From the NCBI GenBank assembly GCA_041494705.1, contig JBGQBI010000001.1:420001-452000 (forward strand): a stretch of 32,000 nucleotides of DNA. The letters run 5' to 3'. Within the stretch, counting starts at the first letter, position 1; each line of letters opens with the position of its first letter. Under the pieces are notes generated by a model that saw nothing but the letters and a program-made list of their open reading frames with translations, had not been told where the DNA came from and did no database searches. Below, piece after piece: positions 1 through 8,910 of this stretch. The position numbers were made by a program, and so were the translations under genes. This stretch comes from Candidatus Methanoperedens sp. (GTDB lineage Archaea; Halobacteriota; Methanosarcinia; Methanosarcinales; Methanoperedenaceae).

Positions 1-67
1 AAAACATCACTTGCACTCTCTGTTTCAGCCGCAGTGTTCATATTTAGCTCCAATATATATTTCTGGT

Positions 68-211
68 CTATAATTTTGTATCTTCTTTTGTATTTAAATC
101 TTTATTTCCTGAAATACTTTGCTCAACAATCCTTATCTCCTCTTCTGTCAGCCCATACAGCCTGTAAACTATCGTATCAATAAGCCCATTCATTGCCTCA
201 ATCCCCTTCAT
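68..211 (-). pseudogene. Orphan 47-codon ORF resembling the extreme C-terminal tail of a restriction-modification N6-adenine methyltransferase (type IIG / PglX-like)
   Basis: Hand translation of the minus strand gives MKGIEAMNGLIDTIVYRLYGLTEEEIRIVEQSISGNKDLNTKEDTKL*. The VYxLYGLTEEEIxIVE motif is the typical C-terminal tail of such enzymes. An in-frame stop lies 13 codons upstream, inside the fba 3' end, so no methylase body is present. Confidence 0.35.
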
Positions 212-243
212 AAGCGGCGCAAGTTCGCTTGCTGAGTTTTGTT

Positions 244-1380
244 TTACCTTTTAATCGCTTTCCTCACCAAACTCGCCGACCCCTTCGAACTGAACGCCCT
301 GAAGAACACAAGCGCTTCTGCATACACCATAGCCTCAATCGCTCTCTCCGTATCCTCATCCACGCTGTAAATCCTGTCAAAGAACTGTTTGATTGCGAAC
401 TTGCAGTTGCTCCCGAAAATCTGGTTGTCCTTCTTGCCCGGGTTCTTCGGGCGGTAGGTTTCAACAGTCCAGTTCCACATATCCCTGTAAAGTTCGGGCT
501 CATACACCTTCAGTACATTAAAAACGATATCCTGCCAGAAAGTAGCCACATTTCCCTTGATAATATCGCCCTTGGGGAACTCAAGGTTAATGAGTTCTCT
601 TGGCGTTCCCGTGATGCCGTGCTGTGCAATGCCCACTTTTAGATTATTATCCCTCAAAGCCTTTGCCACAGCCTTTGTCTGCGGGATATTGATTGAGACC
701 TGCTCTATCACATTCCCGCGCTCGTCATATACATTCCCGTGAACGCTCCCGTTCGCGATAGCAAGCACCTGGGGATGCACTCCGTTCTCATTCAGTGCTT
801 TTATGAACGTGACTGCCTCTTCGGGTCTTGTGAGCACAAGACCGTGCTCGTCCTTCCTTCCTATCTCACCAACCTCGACCTCAAGCCCGAACTCCTTTCC
901 CTTCATCATTTTTTCGATGTATTTCGCCAATTCTGTTGTGACCCGGATATTCTTATCAAGCTCCTCCCGCAGGTTCTTTCCCTCAAAATTAAAAAGATGA
1001 GAGGCGTCTATGGCAAAAGAAGTGTAGCCCGCCTCTATCTGGCCGTCTATCAGTTTTTTCGTATCATCCAATTCTTGAGGTTCGCCTGTCTTTATTGTGA
1101 TATGGTCTGCATGAAGCGCCCAGATGTCGCATTGCACATCAACAGCTGCTCTCCTTACCCTTTCTGAAAACGACATCGGCGTAAGCCCTGTATATCCGCC
1201 TTTAAGATCGCATTCCGAGCGCGCAAGTTCCATGAAAACCGCAGAATCCGTGTCCTTTGCAGCCCTGAAAATCCCGCGGGCGACTGTTGTAACCCGCGTA
1301 TTTGTCGCCATGACAATCATTTTCCTGCCAGCGATACTGTTTAGAATGGTAGAACCCGGAATTGGTGCGAAATTGCTCAT
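244..1380 (-). CDS. fba: Fructose-bisphosphate aldolase, class II (bacterial type)
   Basis: The ORF 244..1455 has class II FBA-like blocks (ALHADHI, AIDASH, EVEVGEIG, ANGSVHG, QHGITG). I prefer the ATG at 1380 (MSNFAPIPG...), which is preceded by AAGGAGGAT. The longer ORF would overlap the fbp 3' end. Confidence 0.85.
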   Translation of the reverse strand: MSNFAPIPGSTILNSIAGRKMIVMATNTRVTTVARGIFRAAKDTDSAVFMELARSECDLKGGYTGLTPMSFSERVRRAAVDVQCDIWALHADHITIKTGEPQELDDTKKLIDGQIEAGYTSFAIDASHLFNFEGKNLREELDKNIRVTTELAKYIEKMMKGKEFGLEVEVGEIGRKDEHGLVLTRPEEAVTFIKALNENGVHPQVLAIANGSVHGNVYDERGNVIEQVSINIPQTKAVAKALRDNNLKVGIAQHGITGTPRELINLEFPKGDIIKGNVATFWQDIVFNVLKVYEPELYRDMWNWTVETYRPKNPGKKDNQIFGSNCKFAIKQFFDRIYSVDEDTERAIEAMVYAEALVFFRAFSSKGSASLVRKAIKR

Positions 1381-1402
1381 AATCCTCCTTCCCTGATTGT
1401 CA

Positions 1403-2239
1403 TCATTGTGCCATAAACTTTTCAGCCATTTCGATTTCCTTTTTTCCTCCTGCATATATTGGAGTTAACTCATCGATAGCTTTCGGCTTGATTGACAGGA
1501 TATCAATTTTCCCATTGCTGATTGCCCCGCCTGCATCGGTAATTATTTTTCCCATCGGGTTTGCCTCAAACAATAACCGAAGCTTTCCTTTTTCTTTTCC
1601 CCGAAATCCCGGGTAGGTGAACACACCGCCTTTGTGGAGAATCTGGTGCATATCCGCGACAAAGGAGCCGGAAAAGCGCAGTTTGTAACCTTCAGCCTCA
1701 AGATTTTCGATAAACCTGGCATGCTGCGGGAGGTAATCCTTCCTGAGTGCGCCGGGTGCGTAGAGCTTGCCGTCCGGGATTTTGATATCCCGCTGCGTGA
1801 GGTTGAACATTCCCTTTTCATCCATGACAAAATCATGCACGCCGTTGCCGGTTGTCAGCGTCAGCGTGGTAAGTGGTCCGTAAAGGATGTACATTGCAGC
1901 AATCATGGTATTGCCGGGGGCTAGCACACTGCCCGGATAAATTCCGATAATCGTCCCGACCGCGAGATTCACGTCAATCAGGGAAGAGCCGTCAAGAGGG
2001 TCAATGACAACCCCGAACTCGTTTTTCGACCTCTCAATCTCGATAATGCCGGGCTGTTCTTCAGTCGCAATATACCGCACCAGCCTTGTTTTTTTAAGCC
2101 CGTTAATTAAAACTTCATCTGCCCATTTATCAAGAGCCATCTGCTCTTCGCCGTAAATGTTTTTTGTCCCTGCTTTATTCTGGCCCCGCAAGAACCCGTT
2201 CTTTATTGTTTGTCCCTGCTCGCTGAAGAACAAAATCAA
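1403..2239 (-). CDS. fbp: Fructose-1,6-bisphosphatase, class I; 5' end uncertain
   Basis: FBPase class I blocks are present: [25 protein letters not shown], and the [24 protein letters not shown] metal/sugar site. The tracked start is a TTG, but FBPase-like N-terminal sequence ([19 protein letters not shown]) continues in frame upstream to 2293-2296 with no ATG/GTG/TTG. Confidence 0.85.
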   Translation of the reverse strand: MILFFSEQGQTIKNGFLRGQNKAGTKNIYGEEQMALDKWADEVLINGLKKTRLVRYIATEEQPGIIEIERSKNEFGVVIDPLDGSSLIDVNLAVGTIIGIYPGSVLAPGNTMIAAMYILYGPLTTLTLTTGNGVHDFVMDEKGMFNLTQRDIKIPDGKLYAPGALRKDYLPQHARFIENLEAEGYKLRFSGSFVADMHQILHKGGVFTYPGFRGKEKGKLRLLFEANPMGKIITDAGGAISNGKIDILSIKPKAIDELTPIYAGGKKEIEMAEKFMAQ

Positions 2240-2427
2240 TTCTGATAATCCTGCATCGGTATTGGTCTGTAAAAGGAACTCTTTCAGGTTAATGCTCTCA
2301 TCCTCTTGTTTTTTGATTTCAATTTAAGCAATCAGGCTCTAAATAGTTATCGTTTTATGCCCTGCGTTATTTCATTCAAGAAAAATTTATATACCGTTGA
2401 TTTTAATAAAGAGATGGTGTTAATATT

Positions 2428-2784
2428 ATGGACATTTTCGAAAAATTGAAAATTAAAGATTACAAAGCTTTTGGTTACGGTTTGCTGATAGCAGGCTTGA
2501 TTTTGATAATATTTTCAGTCTTTTCCATGTACGGCGTTTATACCGGAGCCACACCCCCGCCATCGGTAATCAGGATGAACAGCGTCTCGATATCGCTTCC
2601 GACTAACCCTGGAAATCCGCCAGTGCAAACGGAGCTTATTTCAGGAACTGATTCAAGCAAGCTCGTAAATATGGGGATATGGTTTGCACTCATGACCTTT
2701 GTAGCCTCGGCAGGCGGAAGGATTGGGAGTCTGGGCGCCCAGTTGATTCGGGAAATAAAGGTCGAAGTGAAGCGCGAAGGTTAA
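2428..2784 (+). CDS. Small membrane protein (about 2 TM segments), unknown function
   Basis: 118-aa ORF with hydrophobic stretches (FGYGLLIAGLILIIFSVFSMYGVY and MGIWFALMTFVASAGG) and GAGATGG upstream of the ATG. No family recognised. Confidence 0.45.
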   Translation: MDIFEKLKIKDYKAFGYGLLIAGLILIIFSVFSMYGVYTGATPPPSVIRMNSVSISLPTNPGNPPVQTELISGTDSSKLVNMGIWFALMTFVASAGGRIGSLGAQLIREIKVEVKREG

Positions 2785-2810
2785 ATATCAGTCCGATAAC
2801 AAAGAAATAA

Positions 2811-3137
2811 ATGAATAACAAAAAAATAGCGATATTGGCGGCACTTGGGGCAGTTTTTTTCGCTGCGGGATTATATTCTGGCAGCAGCTCCTATGAATAC
2901 CTCGGTATCGGAACATGGCTTTCAGGCATTATATATTACACATTTTTCCGGGATTATAAGGAAGTAACATCCCTTATTCTGGGCCTTTTAATACTGCATA
3001 CCGGTGTCATCCTGCTTCTTGTTGAAAAGCTCACGCATCCGAAATTGCTTGGGTTTTTGGTCTTCACTGCCGGGATTATTGTTGTTCTGAATTCAGGTTT
3101 TTCGGATTACCTGAAAAGAAGAAAATTGAAAAAATAA
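2811..3137 (+). CDS. Small membrane protein (3-4 TM segments), unknown function
   Basis: 108-aa ORF dominated by hydrophobic helices with a basic C-terminal tail (KRRKLKK). It lies tandem to the previous membrane ORF. Confidence 0.45.
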   Translation: MNNKKIAILAALGAVFFAAGLYSGSSSYEYLGIGTWLSGIIYYTFFRDYKEVTSLILGLLILHTGVILLLVEKLTHPKLLGFLVFTAGIIVVLNSGFSDYLKRRKLKK

Positions 3138-3272
3138 TCAGCTCCATAATTTCATAATACTTCATCACATGCTTAAGCGCTGGCTACCCATAAAATATAC
3201 AACCTGATGTGAATGTAGAAAAATCTAATACTTATATTGTTGTTAAAGACGTTAAATTAAGAGGTTACTAAA

Positions 3273-4664
3273 ATGAATAAATATGATTCGATTGTGGTGG
3301 GCGGAGGTATTAGTGGATTATTATCTGCTCTGGTATTATCTAAGTCAGGAAAAAAGGTACTTGTTCTTGAGAGAAACAAGAATCTTGGTAACAATTGTAA
3401 TAGCTATGTTGTTGATGGTTATCAGGTAGATACCGGTCCACACGCTATAACCCAGTTGCGCAAGGGTGGGCCGTTAACTTATTTAATGGATAACTATTTC
3501 GAGTATATTCCGGTTTTTGTGGATTATGGAGAGTATTTTATTCGTACAGAGAACGGTTTGAAGAAAGTGCCTACTGACCTCAGCGGTTATCTGACAATGG
3601 ATATACTGCCAAGAAAAGACCGCCTTATAATTGCACAGGCATTGACAAAAATGCTGGTAATGTGGCAGTTTGGTACAGATCTCTCAAAGACATCTGTTTA
3701 TGAATGTCTTCCGTGGGACAATCTTTCATCCGCCACGGCTGATTTTACAGATACATTTTGTTATTTCTTATCCGGGAGATCGATGAAAGAGACCTCGGTT
3801 CAGAGGATGTTTGTTGGCGGTGGATTTGTTGAAGAGAGCATTCAAAAAGACATAGCTCATGAAAAGAATCAATATTATAACCTGTATGAGGAAGCTAAGA
3901 AGGTTTCTTATGTCAGCAGGTTACTAAACAATAAAAAAGTAAGCTATAATCAGTTTTATCCGCGGGACGGTCTGAAAGCCATAGTAAATGCTATATTGTA
4001 TTCGATGCCAAAGACTGTGGAGATTAAAATAAATACTGCTGTAAAAGAAATTATCGTAGAAGATAATATTGCAAAAGGAGTTTCAACCGAAGAAAATTCA
4101 TACTATGCGGACTTGATTATTTATTCAGCTTTTGTTAAAGATCTTCCGCAATACATTAAAGATTTGCCACCAAACTATATTTCAGATTTAAATAAAGTCA
4201 AACAATCAAAGACTTTGACAATATGGCTTGGATTAAGCGAAGAATTCAAAGAATTCAACTATGTAGGGGGCGAAGTATGGTTTAAGAAGAAGGCCTTCTG
4301 GGCAATGCCTATAAGCAATTACAACAGGAATTTTGCTCCCAAAGGAAAAAAACTGGTTGGATTTATGTTTTCTGTTGATGAAAATAATGATTTAGAATCA
4401 GAAAAGCGCAATGCATACGACACTATTTTACATGTATATCCCAATATAGATAAATTTATAGATATGGTTCATTATCAGATAACGACACCAGAAAAAGCTG
4501 CTATATCAATAAATGGATTTATTGCAGACACAGAGACTCCAATCAAAAACCTCTATATAGTCGGGACAGATGCAGATGATCGAAGTATGGGAGTGACCAG
4601 GGCTTCCTACTCGGTAGTGAAACTAATAAAGGTTTTGAAAAGAGAGGGATATATAGTTATATAA
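3273..4664 (+). CDS. FAD/NAD(P)-dependent oxidoreductase, phytoene-desaturase/amine-oxidase-like
   Basis: N-terminal Rossmann dinucleotide motif (YDSIVVGGGISGLLSALVLSKSGKKVLVLERN) followed by VDTGPH. The 463-aa length fits the CrtI-like family. The gene is visibly more AT-rich than its flanks and has AAGAGGT upstream of the ATG. Confidence 0.75.
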   Translation: MNKYDSIVVGGGISGLLSALVLSKSGKKVLVLERNKNLGNNCNSYVVDGYQVDTGPHAITQLRKGGPLTYLMDNYFEYIPVFVDYGEYFIRTENGLKKVPTDLSGYLTMDILPRKDRLIIAQALTKMLVMWQFGTDLSKTSVYECLPWDNLSSATADFTDTFCYFLSGRSMKETSVQRMFVGGGFVEESIQKDIAHEKNQYYNLYEEAKKVSYVSRLLNNKKVSYNQFYPRDGLKAIVNAILYSMPKTVEIKINTAVKEIIVEDNIAKGVSTEENSYYADLIIYSAFVKDLPQYIKDLPPNYISDLNKVKQSKTLTIWLGLSEEFKEFNYVGGEVWFKKKAFWAMPISNYNRNFAPKGKKLVGFMFSVDENNDLESEKRNAYDTILHVYPNIDKFIDMVHYQITTPEKAAISINGFIADTETPIKNLYIVGTDADDRSMGVTRASYSVVKLIKVLKREGYIVI

Positions 4665-4689
4665 AAAGAAAAAAACCCTTGCAAAAGGG
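4664..4689 (-). terminator. Hairpin plus T-tract terminator candidate (minus-strand sense)
   Basis: The minus-strand sense reads CCCTT-TTGC-AAGGG followed by TTTTTTTCTTTTT. It lies just downstream of the PHP gene and the oxidoreductase remnant. Confidence 0.4.
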
Positions 4690-4722
4690 TATGGAAGCCA
4701 TCTACGATGTGTAGTTGCCCCT

Positions 4723-4836
4723 CTACGTTCTGTCCTTTCCAAGAACAAGTACCCTCTTCCCGTGCTTTGAAAGTGTCAGGGCAGACATCAGGCCGCTTAT
4801 GCCTCCGCCTGCTACGATTACATCATATTCCGGCAT
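4723..4836 (-). pseudogene. Truncated N-terminal remnant (37 codons) of an FAD-dependent oxidoreductase, homologous to 3273..4664
   Basis: MPEYDVIVAGGGISGLMSALTLSKHGKRVLVLGKDRT* matches MNKYDSIVVGGGISGLLSALVLSKSGKKVLVLERNKN at 24 of 37 positions (hand alignment). It starts 13 nt after the PHP stop with a GGCGAGGT SD-like site, and only about 58 nt remain downstream before the convergent gene ends. Confidence 0.6.
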
Positions 4837-4849
4837 TTTACCTCGCCTG

Positions 4850-5542
4850 CTACAATGGTTCATCCTTATAAAAAATCTTGCTGTGGAATTCTTTTCCGAG
4901 CCTGTTAAGCCTCCGGAAGAACCCGCGAATGACCTGAATGAAGACAACATACAGGGGAGCGACCTGTCCGCCAGGGCGGGTTTTTCCCTCCCGGATGGCT
5001 GATAATACAGCTTCTTCTCCAGAATCTGTATCTATTTCCGTAAAACCAAGACCGATTGTTGCAAGCACATGGGAATCGCTTCCACCAGTTTCAGGTTTTC
5101 CAAGGAGACGTGCCATCTCTTTCGCATTCGTATTTTCACCGAATATGCATCTGGAATTGAAGGTCTCGATTGCGTCCACATCCAGACCATCCACATTGCC
5201 GATGCTTCTTATTTTGAATGGATGCGCTGCTATTACCACGCCGCCTTTTTCATGGGCAATCCTGATAGTCTCTTCCGGTGTGAGGTTTGGCTGGATATTT
5301 TCTCTTATCCCGAGTACGAGCAGATGTCCTTTCGTTGTTGAAACTTCGACAGCCGGAAGCACGAGTAAAGGCAGGCTCAATTCAAGAGCGCGGTTTCGGG
5401 CATGAAGGCTTCCTGTTACTGTATTATGGTCGCATATCGCAATCCCGTCAAGCCCTTTCTTCACTGCCTGTTTCAGTATGTCGTCGATGGAAAGGCTGCT
5501 GTCCGATGAGTGGTTTGAATGGATGTGAAGGTCAAAACGCAT
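4850..5542 (-). CDS. PHP-family metal-dependent phosphoesterase
   Basis: MRFDLHIHSNHSSDS, then GLDGIAICDHN, then AAHPF and GGSDSH, which are the classic PHP His/Asp motifs. Confidence 0.8.
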   Translation of the reverse strand: MRFDLHIHSNHSSDSSLSIDDILKQAVKKGLDGIAICDHNTVTGSLHARNRALELSLPLLVLPAVEVSTTKGHLLVLGIRENIQPNLTPEETIRIAHEKGGVVIAAHPFKIRSIGNVDGLDVDAIETFNSRCIFGENTNAKEMARLLGKPETGGSDSHVLATIGLGFTEIDTDSGEEAVLSAIREGKTRPGGQVAPLYVVFIQVIRGFFRRLNRLGKEFHSKIFYKDEPL

Positions 5543-5548
5543 TATTGT

Positions 5549-6052
5549 TTAGTAAACGGTCACGCTTTTTACGCCTTTTATCCCTGTGAGTGTATTCACA
5601 AGTTCCCCGCTCACTTTGCCCTCCGTGATTATTGTAAGTTTTGGCTCCTCTGTCAAATATGGGTCGTCCGAAACTGCCTGCCTGATTACAATCCCGTGCT
5701 CTGCCACGGCAGTCGCCACAGCGCCCAGAAGTCCTTTGCGGGCGGCGTTATCAGGTGCTATTACTATTACTCCAAGACCTAGCAGCGGCGCGACTTCCCG
5801 CAGGAATGGAATGGTCCGGACGTTCCTGAATATCTGCATAAGCGTCTTATCCGTAATGATAGTTTCACATGTAGAATCGACAACGCGCCTGTCCACTGCT
5901 ATCTCATTTGCTATCTGGGTGTGCGGTATCTCAATCATTCCTGAGACAACCCTCCCCTGCTCATTTACCTGGAAACCTCTTTCCAGCAGCATCCGGATGA
6001 CTTTTTCCTGTGCCGGATGGTTTTTGAATTTTTCCTGTATTATACTCCACAT
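5549..6052 (-). CDS. ACT-domain regulator of amino-acid metabolism (COG2150-like), N-terminal HTH-like region
   Basis: 167 aa. The N-terminal part resembles an HTH, and the C-terminal part (LGVIVIAPDNAARKGLLGAVATAVAEHGIVIRQ) resembles an ACT fold. It ends 6 nt upstream of the PHP gene, suggesting an operon. Family assignment is from memory of archaeal COG2150 proteins. Confidence 0.6.
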   Translation of the reverse strand: MWSIIQEKFKNHPAQEKVIRMLLERGFQVNEQGRVVSGMIEIPHTQIANEIAVDRRVVDSTCETIITDKTLMQIFRNVRTIPFLREVAPLLGLGVIVIAPDNAARKGLLGAVATAVAEHGIVIRQAVSDDPYLTEEPKLTIITEGKVSGELVNTLTGIKGVKSVTVY

Positions 6053-6149
6053 TATTTCTTAGTATGGTTATATTGTATACAAATGTTTTTGTATCAAAAA
6101 ATAAAAAATTGGAGGTGGAAAATCCCCCCTCAACCTGCGCTTTTCTCTC

Positions 6150-6674
6150 TCAGTGACCCCCCTCCCCCATTTTGACTTCCTGCATGCTGACATGTGCCTC
6201 TTTACGCTTCGGTTCGCTTCCTGCCTTGGTATCTTTCTTTTTCACTTTATTAGCGATATCTTTTCCAAGCCTTTTACATTCTTCAAGATCCTTTTCAACA
6301 GGTTGATATTGGATACGTAATACCGGATCTATTACATCCATGCCAAGCCCACGCATTTTTTCTGCAATCATTATAGGCGCCTCACCGCTCCATCCGTAAG
6401 AGCCGAAAGCCGCTCCAACTTTGTCTGCTACTTTTGCTTTTTCAAGGCTCTCAATAAACTTTTCCATAGGAGGCAGCATCTTATAATAGAAAGTCGAAGA
6501 GCCAATCGCAATGGCATCCGCAGCTTTTATGTCCTCCATTCTTGCTTCATGGAAATTCACGGCTTTAGCGTCAATATTCCTTGATTTTGCACCTTCTACG
6601 ATAGCATCTGCCATCGCCTTTGTGTTACCCGACGTACTGAGATATACTACTACTAATTTTGGCATATTTTTCAC
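6150..6674 (-). CDS. Flavodoxin-like protein with a basic C-terminal extension
   Basis: LVVVYLSTSGNTKAMA is an FMN phosphate-binding loop, and FGSYGWSGEA is the second flavodoxin motif. The start could be Met1 (6674) or Met4 (6665). Confidence 0.8.
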   Translation of the reverse strand: MKNMPKLVVVYLSTSGNTKAMADAIVEGAKSRNIDAKAVNFHEARMEDIKAADAIAIGSSTFYYKMLPPMEKFIESLEKAKVADKVGAAFGSYGWSGEAPIMIAEKMRGLGMDVIDPVLRIQYQPVEKDLEECKRLGKDIANKVKKKDTKAGSEPKRKEAHVSMQEVKMGEGGH

Positions 6675-6833
6675 ACCCTTGTCTATTTATCGAGATTGGA
6701 ACGATATTTTTACACTATCCCTTTCTCATAATAATGTTATATGTGATTTCAGATAAAGCTTTCGCGGTTTTGTACAAGAACAATATTGGCAGTATGGGCA
6801 AAGCACTTAAATGTTAAGCACTTTTAAAACAGC

Positions 6834-7304
6834 ATGATTGTTATCGGAATCGACCCCGGGCTTGCGACAGTGGGCTTTGGCGTCATACAAACCGAAAAAA
6901 ACAATATAACTCCTGTAAGCTATGGAGTCATAAGGACATCGGCTGAAAAACAATATCCTGAACGCCTGCTGGAAATATACACCGGGGTCAATGAGCTTTT
7001 TGGAAAATACGTACCTTCAGCGGTGGCGGTTGAAAAACTTTTTTTCAATAAGAATGTTACAAACGCCATGAGCGTGAGCGAAGCAAGGGGCGTTATAGTC
7101 CTGGCGGCAGAGCAAAATCATATACCCGTATTTGAATATACCCCGAACGAAGTTAAGCAGGCAATAACGGGTTCAGGGCGGGCGGATAAGAAACAGATGC
7201 AGGAGATGATTAAGAGGCTGTTGAACTTAGACGAGATACCAAGACCTGATGATGCGGCGGATGGGCTTTCGATTGCTTTATGTCATATAAATATAATGAG
7301 ATAA
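6834..7304 (+). CDS. ruvC: Crossover junction endodeoxyribonuclease RuvC (bacterial type)
   Basis: MIVIGIDPG (Asp7), AVEKLFF (Glu67) and PDDAADGLSIALCH; 156 aa. Confidence 0.9.
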   Translation: MIVIGIDPGLATVGFGVIQTEKNNITPVSYGVIRTSAEKQYPERLLEIYTGVNELFGKYVPSAVAVEKLFFNKNVTNAMSVSEARGVIVLAAEQNHIPVFEYTPNEVKQAITGSGRADKKQMQEMIKRLLNLDEIPRPDDAADGLSIALCHINIMR

Positions 7305-7307
7305 TAG

Positions 7308-7895
7308 ATGATTTCGCATATTTATGGTGAAATAGCGCAGTGCGGTGAAACTTTTGTGATTATCGATGTGGGAGGCATAGGCTATCAGGTGAATGTTACA
7401 AAGCCGGCAGTGCAGGAACTCATCAATAAAAAAGAAAAGGTAAAACTGTACACCCACCTTAATGTCAGGGAGGACGCGCTTACACTCTATGGATTTCTAA
7501 ACGCAAGCGAGCTTACGATGTTCAGGCTCCTTATCAGCGTGACAAGAATAGGGCCCCAAATCGCAATGAACATATTGTCTCAGATAAAAATTGAGGAGCT
7601 TGCGTCTGCAATTTTCCGCGAGGATGAAAAAGTCCTTACCAGTATTTCTGGAGTTGGCACAAAAAATGCCAAAAGGCTGATACTTGAACTCAGGGACAAA
7701 ATGAAAAAGAAAATGGAAGGATTTGTTTTCACGGGTACAAGCAATATTAATTATGACGCCGTTAGCGCTCTTGTTTCTCTCGGATTCGGACAGCGTGAGG
7801 CTCAGGAAGCGGTGGAAGCCTCATCGTCTGATATAAAAGAACGCACAGTTGAAGTATTGATTAAAGCAGCGCTTTTGAAATTGAAAGAACGTTAA
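7308..7895 (+). CDS. ruvA: Holliday junction branch-migration complex subunit RuvA
   Basis: MISHIYGEI...[10 protein letters not shown] is the OB domain and [16 protein letters not shown] is the HhH motif. The C-terminal domain III reads [16 protein letters not shown]. 195 aa. Confidence 0.9.
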   Translation: MISHIYGEIAQCGETFVIIDVGGIGYQVNVTKPAVQELINKKEKVKLYTHLNVREDALTLYGFLNASELTMFRLLISVTRIGPQIAMNILSQIKIEELASAIFREDEKVLTSISGVGTKNAKRLILELRDKMKKKMEGFVFTGTSNINYDAVSALVSLGFGQREAQEAVEASSSDIKERTVEVLIKAALLKLKER

Positions 7896-7900
7896 AGAAC

Positions 7901-8887
7901 ATGGAAGAAAGAATAATAGCGCCGGTGTCGTTAAACGAAGAAAAGGAAGATACAACCATCCGCCCGACAAGGCTTTCTGAATTTATCGGGCAGAATGCAC
8001 TCAAGGATTCGCTAAAAATATTTATCGAAGCTTCAAAAAAAAGGGAAGAACCGCTCGACCACGTCCTTTTCTCAGGACCCCCCGGCCTTGGGAAGACAAC
8101 GCTTGCACACATCATAGCGCACGAGATGGGCTCGGATATAAAAAGCACCTCAGGCCCAGTGCTTGAAAAACCGGGAGACCTTGCAGCAATACTAACGACA
8201 CTCAAGAAGGGAGACATTCTATTCATCGATGAGATTCACCGCCTGAACTCTGTTATTGAAGAAATACTGTATCCTGCAATGGAAGATTTTGAAATAGACG
8301 TCATGATAGGCGAGGGACCAAGCGCCCGCTCCATAAAACTCACACTAGAGCATTTCACCCTCATAGGCGCCACAACCAGGGTAGGACTTCTTGGCTCGCC
8401 ATTCAGGGACAGGTTCGGCTTTATTTCAAGGCTTAACCTGTATTCAGTGCCTGAACTTGTGGAAGTGGTATCACGAAGCGCATCCATCCTGCAAATCCCT
8501 ATGACGCAGGAGGGGTCACTTGAGATTGCCAGGCGAAGCCGCGGGACACCACGCATTGCCAACAGGCTGCTGCGGCGCGTATGGGATTTTGCTCTCGTGA
8601 GGGCAGAGGGGAAAATCATGCAGGATGTTGCGGATGCAGCGCTAACCATGCTGGGAATCGACAGGCTCGGGCTGGATGAGCTTGACAGGCGCATCCTTAC
8701 TATAATTTCAGGGGATTTCGGGGGAGGACCTGTCGGTGTCAAGACAATTGCAATATCAGTCGGCGAAGAGGTCAGGACTATTGAGGAAGTTTACGAGCCC
8801 TACCTTATCCAGATAGGGTTTATCAAACGGACTCCCCAGGGGCGGGAGACAACGCCTGCTGCAAAGGAACATGTGGGAATTGGATAG
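7901..8887 (+). CDS. ruvB: Holliday junction branch-migration ATPase RuvB
   Basis: [11 protein letters not shown], Walker [10 protein letters not shown], Walker B ILFIDEIH, sensor [19 protein letters not shown], and the C-terminal winged helix [15 protein letters not shown]. Confidence 0.95.
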   Translation: MEERIIAPVSLNEEKEDTTIRPTRLSEFIGQNALKDSLKIFIEASKKREEPLDHVLFSGPPGLGKTTLAHIIAHEMGSDIKSTSGPVLEKPGDLAAILTTLKKGDILFIDEIHRLNSVIEEILYPAMEDFEIDVMIGEGPSARSIKLTLEHFTLIGATTRVGLLGSPFRDRFGFISRLNLYSVPELVEVVSRSASILQIPMTQEGSLEIARRSRGTPRIANRLLRRVWDFALVRAEGKIMQDVADAALTMLGIDRLGLDELDRRILTIISGDFGGGPVGVKTIAISVGEEVRTIEEVYEPYLIQIGFIKRTPQGRETTPAAKEHVGIG

Positions 8888-8910
8888 AAGATATTGCAGA
8901 ACTGGGTGCA

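Noticed and set aside
1-41. Possible 5' end of a minus-strand gene (ATG at 41..39, GGAG upstream; MNTAAETESASDV...).
   Set aside because: Only 13 codons are inside the window, so it cannot be identified or supported as a feature.
5586-6062. 158-aa + strand ORF.
   Set aside because: It is antisense to the well-supported ACT-regulator gene and has no recognisable domain. The same reasoning applies to 8236..8742 (antisense to ruvB), to 229..642 and 739..1167 (antisense to fba), and to 4938..5405 (antisense to PHP).
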